Shown here: positions 50,155 to 63,486 of the stretch, piece after piece
How the letters are laid out: each line of letters opens with the position of its first letter
How positions within the stretch are numbered: the first letter of the stretch is position 1
Source of the DNA: Tilletiaria anomala UBC 951
Lineage: Eukaryota
Assembly: GCF_000711695.1 (NCBI RefSeq)
Contig: NW_013547015.1
Coordinates: 124,001 to 188,000 of the forward strand
Reading direction: 5' to 3'
DNA length: 64,000 nucleotides
Program-made: the position numbers and the translations under genes
The notes under the pieces: generated by a model
Databases searched by the model: none
Told to the model about the DNA's origin: nothing
Seen by the model: the letters and a program-made list of their open reading frames with translations, nothing else

Positions 50155-51713
50155 ATTGGACAGTGGGACTGGTGTCCAAAGTGTCGCGATTTGGGCACGA
50201 TGAACCTTGATGAGGGTGAGTATCCGTTAGCCTGAGCCGAAAGGAGCGTAGACGATAGAAGCGACGAATCACAAGAACGGCGCAGGGAAAGTAGATGATG
50301 CACAGCCGATGGCTCGGTGCCCCCACGAAGAGAGTTGGTACCACGGTTGAATGTCGACAAACGACGATAGATGGAAGCAGGCAGCTAGCGACAGAGGCGG
50401 CGCTATCAAAGCTGGCCGTGACGCTGCAAGTGACATGCGCAGAACATGTACAAGATGAAGCAAAAGAGAGGAGACCTGGGAAGTCGATTGGGAGCGTTGG
50501 AGGTAGCAATGATGGTACAGAAGAGGGAGAAAGAGACGGATCAGTTTTGGATGGAGTACGGTTGGATGATCAGCGTAAACAACACCCGCTAGAACTTGGT
50601 AACGAACGACGCAAAAGACGAAAGAGAGCACGGACCATCGCATCAATGCGTTAATGCACAGCTGACGCCAGGATGCACGGGACAGCAGGCAGCCTGCACC
50701 CCGTGGCATGGATCGGCCAACCCCGATCCTGCTCTTGGGCAGTGACACAGCGAGCCCTGCTCCTCCTTCCTTTGGGTTACTCTCCCTTGCACGGGGTGCA
50801 CCGACTGTAGATAGATCTGCGAGGCCAAAAGCACATGTTTTCTTCTTCATCCAGCATGGTCGCATGATCTTCAAGGGGGTATGGACAGTGCGCCGACCCA
50901 CAGATGACAGAGGTCACATTTTTCCACACACTGCGCGGGTCGCGGGGCAACTGTGCAGCGGCCGTATTATTATTAGGCTACAGCAAGTCATTTGCTGCAA
51001 GCCAAGTCCAAGTGTCCGCTCCGTTCGAGACTGTACTCTGTCTGTTATGCATTGGTTTCGACAGCGAGCTTCAGCATCAGCACAAAGGTCAAGGGACGCG
51101 GGGCACCGCACAGCAGTGCTTTGCGCTCAGCAACAGCAGCATCAACAGCCAGCGTCAGAGCGTTAGCAGTGGTGGAAGTAAGTAAGGAGAGCTGCTAAGG
51201 GGGTGATTGGATCAAGGGGGCGGCGTGCAGCTGGTTGTTTGTTTTCACTCCAGACTGCCAGCCAGTCTCCGTTCCGCTCGTGGGCGCAATTTCCACAATT
51301 CCATCACGTGATCCAAGCCCCAAAAAGAAATCGACTACCGCAAATATAAGAAAGAAGTCCCTCACAGGCGTTCGTTCAGATCCTGAGTGGGAGGCGGCGG
51401 CGTGTGACCAGGAGTGTGGTGTAGTGCCGGGTCGCTTGGAATCCATCCAGCTCATCGACAAATTTGTGACGCTCCGACATAAGGATATCCTTCATTAGCA
51501 TGCAACCGACCGTCCACACCGTCGACAGCCTCATACATCTGGCACGGGGGCAGCGAGCAAGCAAGCATCCAGAGTATAGATCCGGACGTACTTTTTTCGG
51601 GATCGTACGCTTCAGGATCTTTCTCCCCTGGGGTTTCCCCAGGCGACGCTGCCGCAAAACGCGCGAGGTACATACAGCGCCAATCTGCGTCGCTCTCATC
51701 GTTAAGGGCTCAA

Positions 51714-54700
51714 ATGTCTTGGACCGCCGCCATTTCTAACTTTCTTCACGGTGCCGATCCATCCAGCCGTAGCGATAGCCCTTCATCTCGTACAGAAAGA
51801 GTTTCCTCGTTGACAGGCGGAGTCGACGGACAGCAGCGACCCGTGACGGAAAATAGGAACGGTGGCCGCACGGTCCCCTCCATCGCCGCCACAGTAGCAC
51901 CCATTGCAGCCGCAAGTGTGACGGACGCATCCGTCTCCGACACACAATCTAGCGCAAGGAAGGAGAAATCAGACGTGGATACGTCTGGAATCGCACGGGA
52001 ACGAGTCCGTGGTCGTGGCCGTGGCCGTGGAGCTCCAAGGGTTACCAGTGCTAGAAGAACAGAGGCGCGCGCACACATCGCACCGCACAAAACAACCAAA
52101 AGTTGGGGATCTGCAACGCCAGGCCCCACGGACCCTCAGCATCTATGCATACAAGGCACCACCATGGACTCCAGAATTCATGAGCTTTCCACCTCTATGC
52201 TTACAGGCCCAGGACAAGCTGCTCAGGAACAAGGAGCTGTGGGGCCGTCTGCGCACGGTGGTGCAAGCAACGGGAAGCCTCATATGGCCGGCAGTGATCA
52301 CCCTGGCGCACGAGTGACTGACCAAGGAATGAGGTACATGGATACTTCTTTTGGCCCCGTGCCTCCCTCCCAGCCTGTTGGGAACAATGCATCAACGGTG
52401 GTAGCCTGCATATCCACGTCAGCGGCTCCACGGTCAAAGCAAACACATTTGCACACGGAAGTGCATCACTTGCAGCCGGGAGCAGAACACTTGCAGAACG
52501 CCCAAGGCCCATCCACCGTTCCAGCTGCAACGGCCGCATTGATCCCACCGTCATCGGAGAACGCAATCCAAGCAGCAGCCACACTGTCACAGTCCTCGTG
52601 GTCGTCATCTGCAGCTCCTGCACCCACTGCAGGCGCGGCGCATTCGCAAACGCAGGCGCAGCTGCAGCAGCCGAGCCATGAGGTGCCGTCCACCGTGCCG
52701 ATGCCGGGCAAGCGAACGATAGGTAGCAAGGTCGCCGAGCGGCGGATCTTGCCGGCGCGTTTACGGCGCGTGTCGAATCTACTCGGCGGACCCAGCAGTC
52801 TGACTGAGGATGAATTTCGACCTGAACATTTCAAAGACCATCAGCAGCGTCTTGGTGAGTTTGCCTCGGTCTTTGCAATTGACGTACTTTGATTTGCTCT
52901 AGCGATGGCATCGACACGGTGCGCTGACCCACCACGCGATGGCCATCCATTTGCATAACTGCAGCCTATGAAGATCATCTTTTGCCAGGTTCTACATCTC
53001 TGATCATTACGAATGATCCCTCCATTATCTTGAAAGCCGAGGTGCACCGCGATTATTATTTCAGAGACGCAATGAGCCGCTTCACCGATCCAGAAGTCGC
53101 TAGGGCTTGCCGCGCCGCGGCGATCATCGAGACGCCAGACTTCAAGCCATGGGACGAAGTTAGTATGGGCGGTCGGACGAGGATCCAGGCTGCTGAGGTG
53201 CGTTTCATGTTCATCCTTGCTCCTCCCCCTTCTTTCGCGTGTATCATCTTCTACGCATGCAAAGCCTTGGAGTGCTGATGTTTGCCACATACTCACATCC
53301 ACCAGGAAGATACGAGCGACGAAGCATACGAGCGACGCCATCGAAAACCGGACAATGCGGAAAAGCGCGTGCGGAAGTCAGAGATCGACCGAGTACGCAT
53401 CGAGCGAGATAGACTGCAGCTGCGCCTCGATCAATTACGGGCGATCGAGGCGGAAAAATTATTGCCAATTTTGGCTAGTCGATCTACTCCTGCTCCTGCT
53501 GCTACCGCTGTTGCCCCTGCCGCCTCTACATCCGACCATTCCTCGACGTCTGCTAGGACTGGAGGCTCCTCGGAGAGTGCGCAATTGGAAGAGCTGCGCA
53601 AGGATTTGATACAGGAGGCTAAGCAGATGCTGCAACGTCTCGACTCGCTGCTTGCTCTTCCGCCTCCATTTCCAGACAGGCCCAAAGCTTCCGAAAAGCG
53701 GAAGGTGTCCGGCGTCTTCGGCAACTTTACTGTAGCCGCTACTGGTGCTGGTGCCCAAGACCCACTGTCTGACGTCGGACCTCCTGCTGGCTCGCGCCAG
53801 ACCGGAAGGAAGTCTACCGGACGTGGAGGTCGTGCGAGCACTGTCACCACTAGCCGGGGCGGTAGAGTGGTGGGCAGGAAGAGCCTGCCCGCGACCATGC
53901 CGTCGCATCACTCTGGCAAACCCTCCGAAAATGCCAAAAAGGGTAAATCGGCGGTGGGGACGGCAGTAGCGGGAGGTATGCGTCCGGAAGCGACGCGCGC
54001 AGAGAAAGTGCGCCGCGCCATGACCATATCTGCAGGGCGCCGATCGCACAATAGTGGACGCAATGGCAGCTCTACGAACGTATCAAAGGAACGTGTGCAT
54101 ATAGCAGGTCGCGAGGCGGTCGGCTCGCTTCTAAACAACCAGGGCAGAGTTGAGCAGGTGTTCTTAGAGGATGGAAAGCCTAATATTCACGCGCGTACTT
54201 CCGGCGGCCGCTTTGCGCCCAAGCCGAGGAACCCGGACGGCACAATCAAACGCGACGCACCGGCTGCTGGGACGCCTGCTCCCAGCAAGCCCAAGCCTGC
54301 TCCTAAACCGAAAGCTAGGTCGTCGCGTGTTAACCCCCGCAGAGCGGCCGCCATCACGTCACCGGGAACATCCACTCCCGCACTCGTCAGCGCCGCAGGC
54401 AACGCTGCTGCACATCCCGCGAGCGCTCTGACTGCCGGTGGCACTTCAGCCACCCAGCACGGAACGACGACATCTACCGCAGGGTTGAAGCGCAAGCGCG
54501 CGGTCAGCGCCAGCACCAGCGTTAGCGCTCGGACAGCCGCGAAGGTCGCAAAGGAGGAGCGGGATGTCAGACAATCGTCTGCAGAAACTACCGCCTCTGG
54601 CTCGATCGTGACGAGGGAGCGCTTTAACATCATCGGCCGTACCTCTGGCGGCCGCTTCGCATCCAAGAAGGAACTTAAAGTGCCAGGAGAGGGAATGCAG

Positions 54701-55759
54701 CGCAGCCCACGTCGCACGAGCAACGTCCGGGCTCTTGAAGAATCACCAGGTGCGAACAAAGTGGGACCCAGCCTGGCCGAGATCGCCGCATCGACCAAGG
54801 CGCCAAACAAACGCGTTCGACTTACTTTCAACAATGCTGGCAGCGAGTCTGGCTCGCCTGCACCTTCTGATCGCTCCAGCACGCAGCAGCCAGCCAAGAA
54901 GATGAAGACACCTGGTCTCGTTCCGGCTTACAAGCCGGCGGCGCTGAGCGAGGAAGAAGCGCAGAAAATGTTGGAGGCAGCACTAGCGGGCGACGATGAT
55001 GACGACCTCGCGATCCTGTTCGGGTCCGGTGCGACGGGTTCAAGCTCGGCAACGATGGCGGATGCGAGCGCTGCGCCAGAGCCGCAGGTTGCACCTTTGT
55101 CTGGGTCCGCTACCGAGGTTGCAGCTGCGGCATCAGATGCAAAAGCTGAGCTGTCCGACTGTGCCACGATTCAGTCGGAGGGCTCGGCTTATGCACAACC
55201 GACCGAGCAGGATGCGAGCAGCATCGACACCAAGCCTGCTCTTGGCACGAGCCCGGAAAACGGAGTCTGCGCATCCGCCTTGCGTATAAGCGCTGATCCG
55301 CCTCAAGACGGCGAAGCAGGCCTGGTGGTCGCAAGCAGCACAAGCACCGACGCGGCATCATCGGTACCAACTTCATCTGCTCCTGCAGCCGCAACCGCAG
55401 CTGCATTCGTGCTCGATCGCAACCAGCCACTGCGCCGGGGCTCGACGCGCATGCGCTCCATCACTGCATTCGGAGAGAAGCTCCCGGAGCCACTGACAAA
55501 GGAGGCGGACTTTGCGATACTCCTCGAGCCGGTCATGCAGGACAATGAGTGGTCTCAACTTGGCGTGCAGACCGAGCGCCTCCCTTATGCGCCGTCACAG
55601 CCGGAGGACGGTCAGGCGCCAGAGGCTGACCTGCGCACGCAGCAGGACGACGGTAAGGGAGGAGCGCCATTGGCGCAAGCACCTCTTGAGCAGAAACTCG
55701 AGATGGCGACCGTATCGGCTAAGGACTTCACGCCGGACGCGGGCCCGCACCTTGCCTGA
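51714..55759 (+). CDS. PEHE/Sas4-like domain protein (putative histone acetyltransferase complex subunit)
   Basis: IETPDFKPWDEV...|EDTSDEAYERRHRKPDNAEKRVRKSEIDRVRIERDRL coiled coil. The rest is basic and disordered. Two introns inferred. Confidence 0.65.
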
Positions 55760-56480
55760 CCCCCGGGTGCCGCTGCAGGGCAATAGATGCGCAACTGTAG
55801 GGGGAACAGGGCTGCAAGAATGTGTTTGCTGTTTATTTCCCGTGTCAGGCGTATCTACATGCCCAGCATTCGTCGCTCTGATCTCGAGGGCATTTAGAAG
55901 CCGTCCACCTTGATTCCCTTCGTGCGACTTCAACCGCTGCTGGCACGCGAGCTTGTTTGTCTGCTGCACAAGCGATACATGCAACGTGGCTCTTGTTTTG
56001 TATATGGACGCAGCTTCCAGCACAATTGATCATGTATGCTCTATCGTCTTCAACCGTTGACCCGAGCTGTGGTGGTGCTTGGTCCAGCTGATATCCTGCA
56101 AGCTCCTAAGGAGACAGAAAGCTGCGAGGGCCGAGGCGGCTCAACAGAGACACAGCACAGCGATCGCGCCATGTCCGTCAGAACGCCGAGCAGATGCTCA
56201 GGCGGTTTCACACAACTCCACTGCAGCGTGTGCAGCATTTCTAGGCGGCTGGGTCGGTCAGAACGTTAGGGTTATGCAGTGTTAGAGAGGTCAAGGCACT
56301 GTGCCTCTCTTCTCAACACCCGGTACAAACAATTGAATTGATAGACACCTTCGCGGTCGCGCACCATATTCATGCAATTCTGTTACATGCGAATATAGCA
56401 AGCAACCCTCCTTGCGATTGGTGAACACTTCATGTCAGACTCCCAGAGACAAGGTCTGGCGCTCGGTCAAGGAGGGAAAT

Positions 56481-59312
56481 ATGGTCTCCGCTGCAGCATA
56501 TTCCGACCCGCGCACTCGCGGGCGCGTCAAGATCGAGAGCAGCAGCGATGGCATCGGCTTCGGGGGGACCTCCGGGGTGTCGCGAATCCCAACGGATCTG
56601 CTGCTGGGCCAGGTGTTCACCAAGACGCTCCTGGCCTCTTCGGCGCTGCTCGCGAGGCACTGGCTGCTCATGGGGCATAGTGAGGCGCTGCATCATGCTA
56701 CGACGGCGCCTGCTGCCTCTGTCGCGAGCAAGGCGAGCGGCGGGTTGACGAGCCTGACAGGCTCCATGGTGCGCGACGGCAGCATCAGCGTGTGGGCCGT
56801 CGCGACGATCGTCTTCTCCATAGCTTCGCTCATTCAAGGCATATGGCTGCGGACCTGGACATGGTTGCCTGTCATACAGCGGGCAGATGCAAAAGTGGAG
56901 AAATTGCTTCCTAAATTCAGCATGCTCGCGCTGACCATGTTCGTACACATGCTGGTATGGCTCATGGCGCTGAAGCGGCTGCCGGCTGCTACGTGAGTTT
57001 TCTTTCTTGCACTTGCATTAAAATTGAATCATTGCTGACGCAAGGCTTTTAATAAAATATGGCAAGTGTTATTATCTTTACACAATTCTGCGAGATTTGG
57101 GCAAGTGACCTTGTCAAGTCAATGCGAGGGAGGGTGAGGACGGTTACGTTTGGCTCAGCGACATGACACCCATAGGCTGATCATATCACTACGCACAGAG
57201 TTATGGCGGCTACACGGTCCTAGTCGCACTTGGGCTTTCCTACATCTTCACCGTGGCGAAAGGTACCAGTGCGCCAACCAGCTTCGACCACATCTCGCTC
57301 TTTGCAGATGACGACGATGAGGACATTCCGGTTTCCTTGCAACGCATACGATCCGCCGGACTCGTTCTGCCATCTGCACTGGGTGGAGCTTCCGCTTTGG
57401 CAGAGAAGAATGCGGCGCTCTTCTCTCCCAGCTCGGCGTTCCTCGGACATGTCCTGCTGCTCATGTATGCTCTTTTGACGCTAGAAAAGGAGCGCGGGAC
57501 CAATGCCGCCGGTTCTGTCGTCGGCGGCAGGAGACGTGCGCAGGTTATTGCAGGAACCTTGACCGCCATCGTCACCTTGCCGTTAGGCTTGCTAGGCTCG
57601 ATCTTTGGACTTTCGACGCTCCCTCCCCTGCAATCGCTCGCTCCGTATCTGTTCGCATCATCGCAGAGCGGCGTACGATCTGCCCACTTGGCTGCCTACG
57701 TGCTGCTTGCATTGGCAGCACTAGTGCTCGAGCCTCTTATCACTGGCGCGTTAGAGCCACACGGAAGCGCATACACCCGCGTTTTCCATGGCTGGATGTT
57801 GTGTGCAATCGGCACAATCGTCATCGGATATATCGGCTTCGCCGTGCGCTCTTCGTTCGCCGAGGTGTTCGTCGGGGCTCTCGTCTGTTGGAGTCTGGCC
57901 ATGATCCTCTCTTCCTCGCCCTACTTCCAGGCAAATGCTTACAGACAGGCCGGCGCTTCGGACGCCTCCCTTGCTGGGCATCAGCGCTCACCTTCCGACG
58001 CATCAGCGCTCGCTGGCCTTGCCCGGAGCGTTCAAGATTTCTTCTCGGCCTCGCAAAAGCACATCCGCAGCATCCTCGCCAACCCAGATTCTCGCAGCAT
58101 CTTCCAATTCTTATGCCTCAACTTGGCCTTCATGGGCGTGCAGCTCGCATGGGGCGTCTGGACCAATTCGCTTGGTCTGATCTCCGATGCCATTCACATG
58201 TTCTTCGATTGCGCTGCCATCGGCATGGGCCTCTTCGCGAGCGTCATGGCGACGTGGAAGACGGATAGCAGCTTCACCTTTGGTTACTCTCGCGTCGAGA
58301 CTCTGTCCGGTTTTGCCAACGGCGTCTTCCTCATTCTCATCTCCATCTTTATCGTCTTTGAGGCTATTCAGCGCATCATCGAGCCACCGGAGATGCACAA
58401 CACCATGCAGCTGCTCATCGTCAGCGGAATGGGTCTGGGGGTGAACTTGTTCGGCATGTTTGCCATGGGTGGCCATCATCATCACCACCATGGTCACTCG
58501 CACGGTCACGGGCACGATCACCACCATCACGGCCACGGCCACGATCACGGTCATGGTCATGGCCATTCTCACAACATGATGGGTGTGTATCTGCACGTGA
58601 TGGCAGATACGCTCGGCTCCGTCGGCGTCATCGTCAGCACACTCTTGATCAAGCAGTTCGGCTGGACCGGCTTTGATCCCATCGCATCGCTCTTTATTGC
58701 TTTCTTGATCGTTGCCTCTGTCATTCCTCTCGTGCTCGATGCTGGACATATTCTGTGCCTTGATATGGGCGACGAAAAGGGGCAGCAAGTTGCAACCGCC
58801 CTAGGGAATGTGAGTGGCTGCGTGGCATGAATGTACTCCTTCAACAGATAGCTGACTGTCTTGTTCTTTGCTTCAATGACAGCTCGCTTCTATCAAAGGC
58901 GTGGCGTCATATTCTTCGCCGCGGTTCTGGCCAAAAGATGCCGAATCGATCGTCGGCACCATTGTGAGTGCACACACACTCGCATCGCTGGAGGAGGATT
59001 CTGACATTTCGCTTTCCCCTCTGGCAGCATATTCAAGTTGTGGACAGCGAAGTTCTGAGTGGAAAGGGCGGAATCACAGCAGAGCAGATTGCAGCCGAAG
59101 TCGAACAAGTGCTCAAAGGTCGGATAGAAGGTCTAGAGAGCATCAGCGTCCAAGTGGACCGACAGCCCCAAGCTCAATCATCCCAGATCAACGAGCAAAC
59201 GACGATGCCCCAGTCGCAACTGCACCCTCATCCTCATCAACGCCATTCGCACAGTCATAACAACGGCTCTGTTGCTCTCACTCCTGAGGCTGTACACTCC
59301 AGTGTATTTTAA
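56481..59312 (+). CDS. CDF-family zinc transporter, Msc2/Cis4/ZnT5-7 type
   Basis: N-terminal multi-TM region, then IFQFLCLNLAFMGVQL, NSLGLISDAIHMFFDC, FGYSRVETLSGFANG, His-rich loop, NMMGVYLHVMADTLGSVGVI, DPIAS. Confidence 0.93.
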
Positions 59313-59680
59313 AAGACTCTTGTCTGCATTTCCATCATTTCAAAGTGTCGCGTCCCTTTTCTCGAATTGTCGATGCTCTCTGAGACTCGGTCTCGCTGAG
59401 CGCCTTTACCACACGGCATTACACCGCGGCCGCCTCTTCCGCCATTCCTAGCCTGCCAAAGTGCCAAGTGCCACATAGTTGCTGTGTTGCTCTTGCTCTC
59501 AATCTAATGGGACTCATATATTCATTCCCTTTCGCATGAGTAGGCATTCATCAGGCTCTCACATCTCACAGGTTTACCGTGTCCAAAACCAGTCGAGGCA
59601 CCTTCTGACATGTCTTCACGCATGTGAAGGACCATGAGACGTGGTCTCGATACGGTCAGCGTCTTTTAAGTAGCCGCAAG

Positions 59681-60712
59681 ATGCCCCCCCCGAGCTCGAT
59701 GGTGCCATCTTTGTACAATACCAATGGTAGGCAGCAGGCGCTGAAAGGCGATACGTACTCGTTTGCAGCTGACGCGTATTCTTTCAAGACTTGACTAATA
59801 AGCAAGATCTTGGTTCCCTACCAGGTGTCAAATGGACTCTGAGCTCGCATAAGCCTGGCGCAGGCGTGGCTGCGCTTCGGGACCCAGACCTTTCGAAGCT
59901 TTGGCAGTGAGTCTGGCGGCGACAGTCTCGATGAAATTGACGCTGATGGTAGCAGTCCCTTTGCAGGAGTGATGGGACGCAGCCGCACGTAGTCGACATC
60001 CAGTTCCCTAGGAGGACCGCTGTGACAGTGAGTCGATGGGAGTGAAGTACATGAGAGGGCTCGCACTAAACCATCATTTTAGCACGTCTCGATATATCTC
60101 GACACCACGCTCGACGACTCATACACCCCTACGAACATCGGCATCAAAGCCGGTACGTATTTCGGCGACCTGGCCGAGATCCGAAGACGAGAACTCGAGG
60201 CTCCAAAAGGCTGGGTGCACTTTGTTCTGAATCCAGAATCGACAGGTGCAAATGAAGAAACCTCCGCAGATCTGAAGCTCGCACCGCCCATATGGGTCTA
60301 CCATTTGCAAATATGCATCTACTCCAATCACCTGAACGGCAAAGACACGCACTTGCGCTCCATTCGCGTGTTCGGTCCGCCCTCTGAGGAGAGGAAAGCT
60401 GCGGCGCTCAAGCAGCAAGTGCAAGCTAAACTGCTGGACCAGGCCAAACTTGCCGGGAGCGCAGGCAGTGGCCCTCACGATAAAGTTCACTCAGACATCC
60501 GCACACGATACGCATACGAATCGCTTCGGAAGGCGATCGACGCACGTGCAGTCGATGAGGATGAGAAAGACACCCATTTCGCCGGTGATGATGACTTCGA
60601 TGTGCCGGAACGCGCGCATACATTCGACCTCGCAGGGCGCAGCGCAGGCGCAGGCGCACCACACCTCCCCTCCACCACCCGGTCGCTTGCCCTCCATCAC
60701 TCTCTGCGGTAA
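59681..60712 (+). CDS. APC10: Anaphase-promoting complex subunit 10
   Basis: WTLSSHKPGAGVAALRD...WQ|SDGTQPHVVDIQF...|IYLD...DDSYTP...KAGT...GWVHF...LQICIYSNHLNGKDTHLRSIRVFGP; C-terminal ...SLR (IR-like tail). Confidence 0.93.
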
Positions 60713-60795
60713 CTTTGCGTTGTATTTAAAAAGGGGTTCACGCCTTCCACGTCATGATTGTAGCATAATAAGCATCTTGTATGCGTTGCAGGACT

Positions 60796-63486
60796 TTATA
60801 GAACATCAGAGAATTCCATCATGCCATCCCCGAGACCATGCTCCTCTTCGTCCACCTCGCTGGCCCAGTCATCATCGCTCTGCAGCCACTGGGCGCTGTC
60901 CTCGTCGCCACCCGCGCCTTCGGTCCAGCGAGACGCAGCGCGCTTGCTCGGGCTAAAATCTTCGTCGTCCGCAAGGCCAGCGCGGCCTGCTCTCCTAAAG
61001 ACGCGCGCTTCGATGCCGGGCTTGGATTGAGGTGCTGCAGGCTCAGCTTGCGAGACGTCCTTGCCCTTCGCTTTTCCTTTCTGCTTGCCCTTTTGATCTG
61101 CCGGCCTCTCACGTGCTTTGGCTGCACCCCACGTCATCTTGCCTTTGCCTGAACCGCCACTCACTGACGCACCGTGTGGCCCTGCGCCCGGAGCGGAAGT
61201 TGGCTCTGTGAGGTCGTCTTTGCCTCCATCCTGTTCTTGTAGGTGCAACTCCAACGCACGCTCCACTTCTTCCATGCTAGGTGCGGCGAGCAGATTCTGC
61301 AGACACGCTTGTACTGTCGCCCGTCGTTTGGAACGCAGAGCCGAAGCGCGTGGGGAATGCAAACTCAGCCTGGCGAGCATCTGCTGATGTGGACTGGCCA
61401 GAGCTGCGTCGGCACGGGCACCACCGGCCGTATCCTGTCCCTCGTTGGTTAGTTGCTGCAAATTACCTGCTGGATCTTGGCCTTGTGCGAGATCCTCGTG
61501 CGTTGGTCGCAGCTTGAACACGTGCAGTGCCAATCCTTCGTCCCAGTCCACATCCACGCCATGCTCTTCCGGAGCGTGAGCCGTACCGCCCTGCGCCGGG
61601 CCGTACGGTAGGTATCGTTCCAACGTGATCTTGATCTTCCTTGCGCTTGGCTTGGCCATGTCGACGTCGTCGCTGTTCCAGCCCTGTTTGTGTATGGTGC
61701 TCCCTCTTGCGCTCACCTCGCTCACCTCGTCAGTGTCGGACAGCTCCACTTCCTTCACTTGTTTCCATGTCGCGTCTTCGCTTTGCCCTTTTCGTGTCTG
61801 CGACTGCAATTGCGACTGCGACGGGCCAAGCGTCCACAAATCTTCGTCATTCTCCCAATCCATTAAGCCTGCATCAAAGCTGTCTGTACCATCGCCATCT
61901 TCATCGCTGCTGGCAGCCTGCCCGTTGGGAGCTCGTCGCAGAGCCCTGCCTTTCGACGGCGACTCAGCCTGCGCAGGATGATTGACCACGAACAGGGGCT
62001 TGTACGGTGCTGCGTCGGACTGCGATAGCGTGAGTTTTCCCTTCCAAGGCGGGGTCGCACCGAGCTCAGCTTCATCGTCTTCGTCGTCCTCCTCGACCCC
62101 GTTCGCCCTGCCGAGGGGAGCGCGGCGACGCTGTACACCCGCGTCGCTTAGACTCTTTCGCCACGTGCTCCCCCCGTTTCCATGCGTACCACTCCCTCCG
62201 GGGCGAAGCAATACGCTGTTGAACAATTCCGCTGCGCGCGGGGCTCCTTTCCTCCCGATGCTGATCCCATTCGCCGTATTTGCCGACATTGGCGCGGATT
62301 GTGCACACACCGCCGCAAAGAGAGTGTCCGCACGCGGGAGGTTGCGCCGGCGCTTCTGCGCCGGGGTCCTAGGAAGGTCCTCGCCTCGCAACCGCTTGCG
62401 CGCCCGCGTGCGCGGCGTATAGTCACGCAGCAGCGTGTCGATCTGCTCACGGTGTGGGTGCGCATCTGCGGCATCCTTGCGTGACGGGGTGCCTTGCTCC
62501 ATTGCGCCTCCGTATTGCGGCAGGACCAGCTGCTTGAGCTTCGAAGGCGTCGAGACATAGTGAGGAGAAACGTAGACGAACTCTTTGTCCTTCGCGCCCC
62601 TTGCTGAGGAAGTAGGCGTCTTTGCTTGCGACACCGCACCGTTCGACTTGTTCCGAGGCGTCCCTTGAGTAGCTATCGGAGCCTTCAGATGCTCTTGCAC
62701 GAACGCATGCTGCTCCGCTTGCGGCCGTCTCGGCGTAGGGAGTGTGAAGCCGCCTGTGGCGCTCTTGTCCCAATCCGCCATGTCCGTCTCATCGTCCTCG
62801 TCGGCGTGGGAGAATGCTGTCAGGCGGCCGTGGCGAGTGCGTGCTCTGACTGGAGAAAGCAGGGGAAGCTGTTCTGGCGAGCGGTACGCCTTGCCGTTCG
62901 CCGGTTGCTTGAGCCTCTGGCTCGAGGACTTTGCGTCCTTGACTGGGGTCTTGAAAGGGTTGCTCGTCCGTTGCTTGCCTTTCCCTTCGTTAGCGCTCTT
63001 ACCATCGCCACCGCTGGCTTTCTTTGTTGGTGTCAAGAAAAGGTTGGCGAAGACGCGCTGCTTCTTCGGCGTCACCAGGGGTCCCATCGATCCATGTTGC
63101 GCATGCTGCGCTTCCTTCGAGCCCCGTGACGATGTTTCACCCGGCTCACTTTCCTCGGCGTCGGCATAACTCTGACTCTTCCTGCTGCAATGGCGGTCTC
63201 TTCCGTCTTTTTCAGCCGACCGCGATGAAGAAGAGCCGCCGACCCCCTGCTCAGCATTTGCCTTTTGGATGGCGTGCCAGGTATCGTAGGTCGAGGCGAT
63301 GGACGGATGCTGCTGCATGTCCGAGCGTGTCGGGTCTCTTCCATTCTGCATTCATCCGAGCCAAAGGGTGTCAGCCCAAGAATGCAGTAAAGTGGACGCT
63401 TAATTTGCTCGGGAAAGAGGTTCGCTCACCCTGGATTTAAAGTCTTTCTGCCACGCCTTGAGCTCCTTCCTGAGCATGGCCTCCAT
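60796..63486 (-). CDS. SLD2: DNA replication regulator Sld2/Drc1
   Basis: MEAMLRKELKAWQKDFKS|QNGRDPTRSDMQQHPSIASTYDTW is the Sld2/RecQ4 N-terminal motif, followed by many S/T-P CDK-type sites (TPKK, TPTK, SPVR, TPRR, TPSK). Confidence 0.82.

Noticed and set aside
58470..58575. CAY/GGY-rich short repeats
   Set aside because: They simply encode the His-rich loop expected in CDF zinc transporters.
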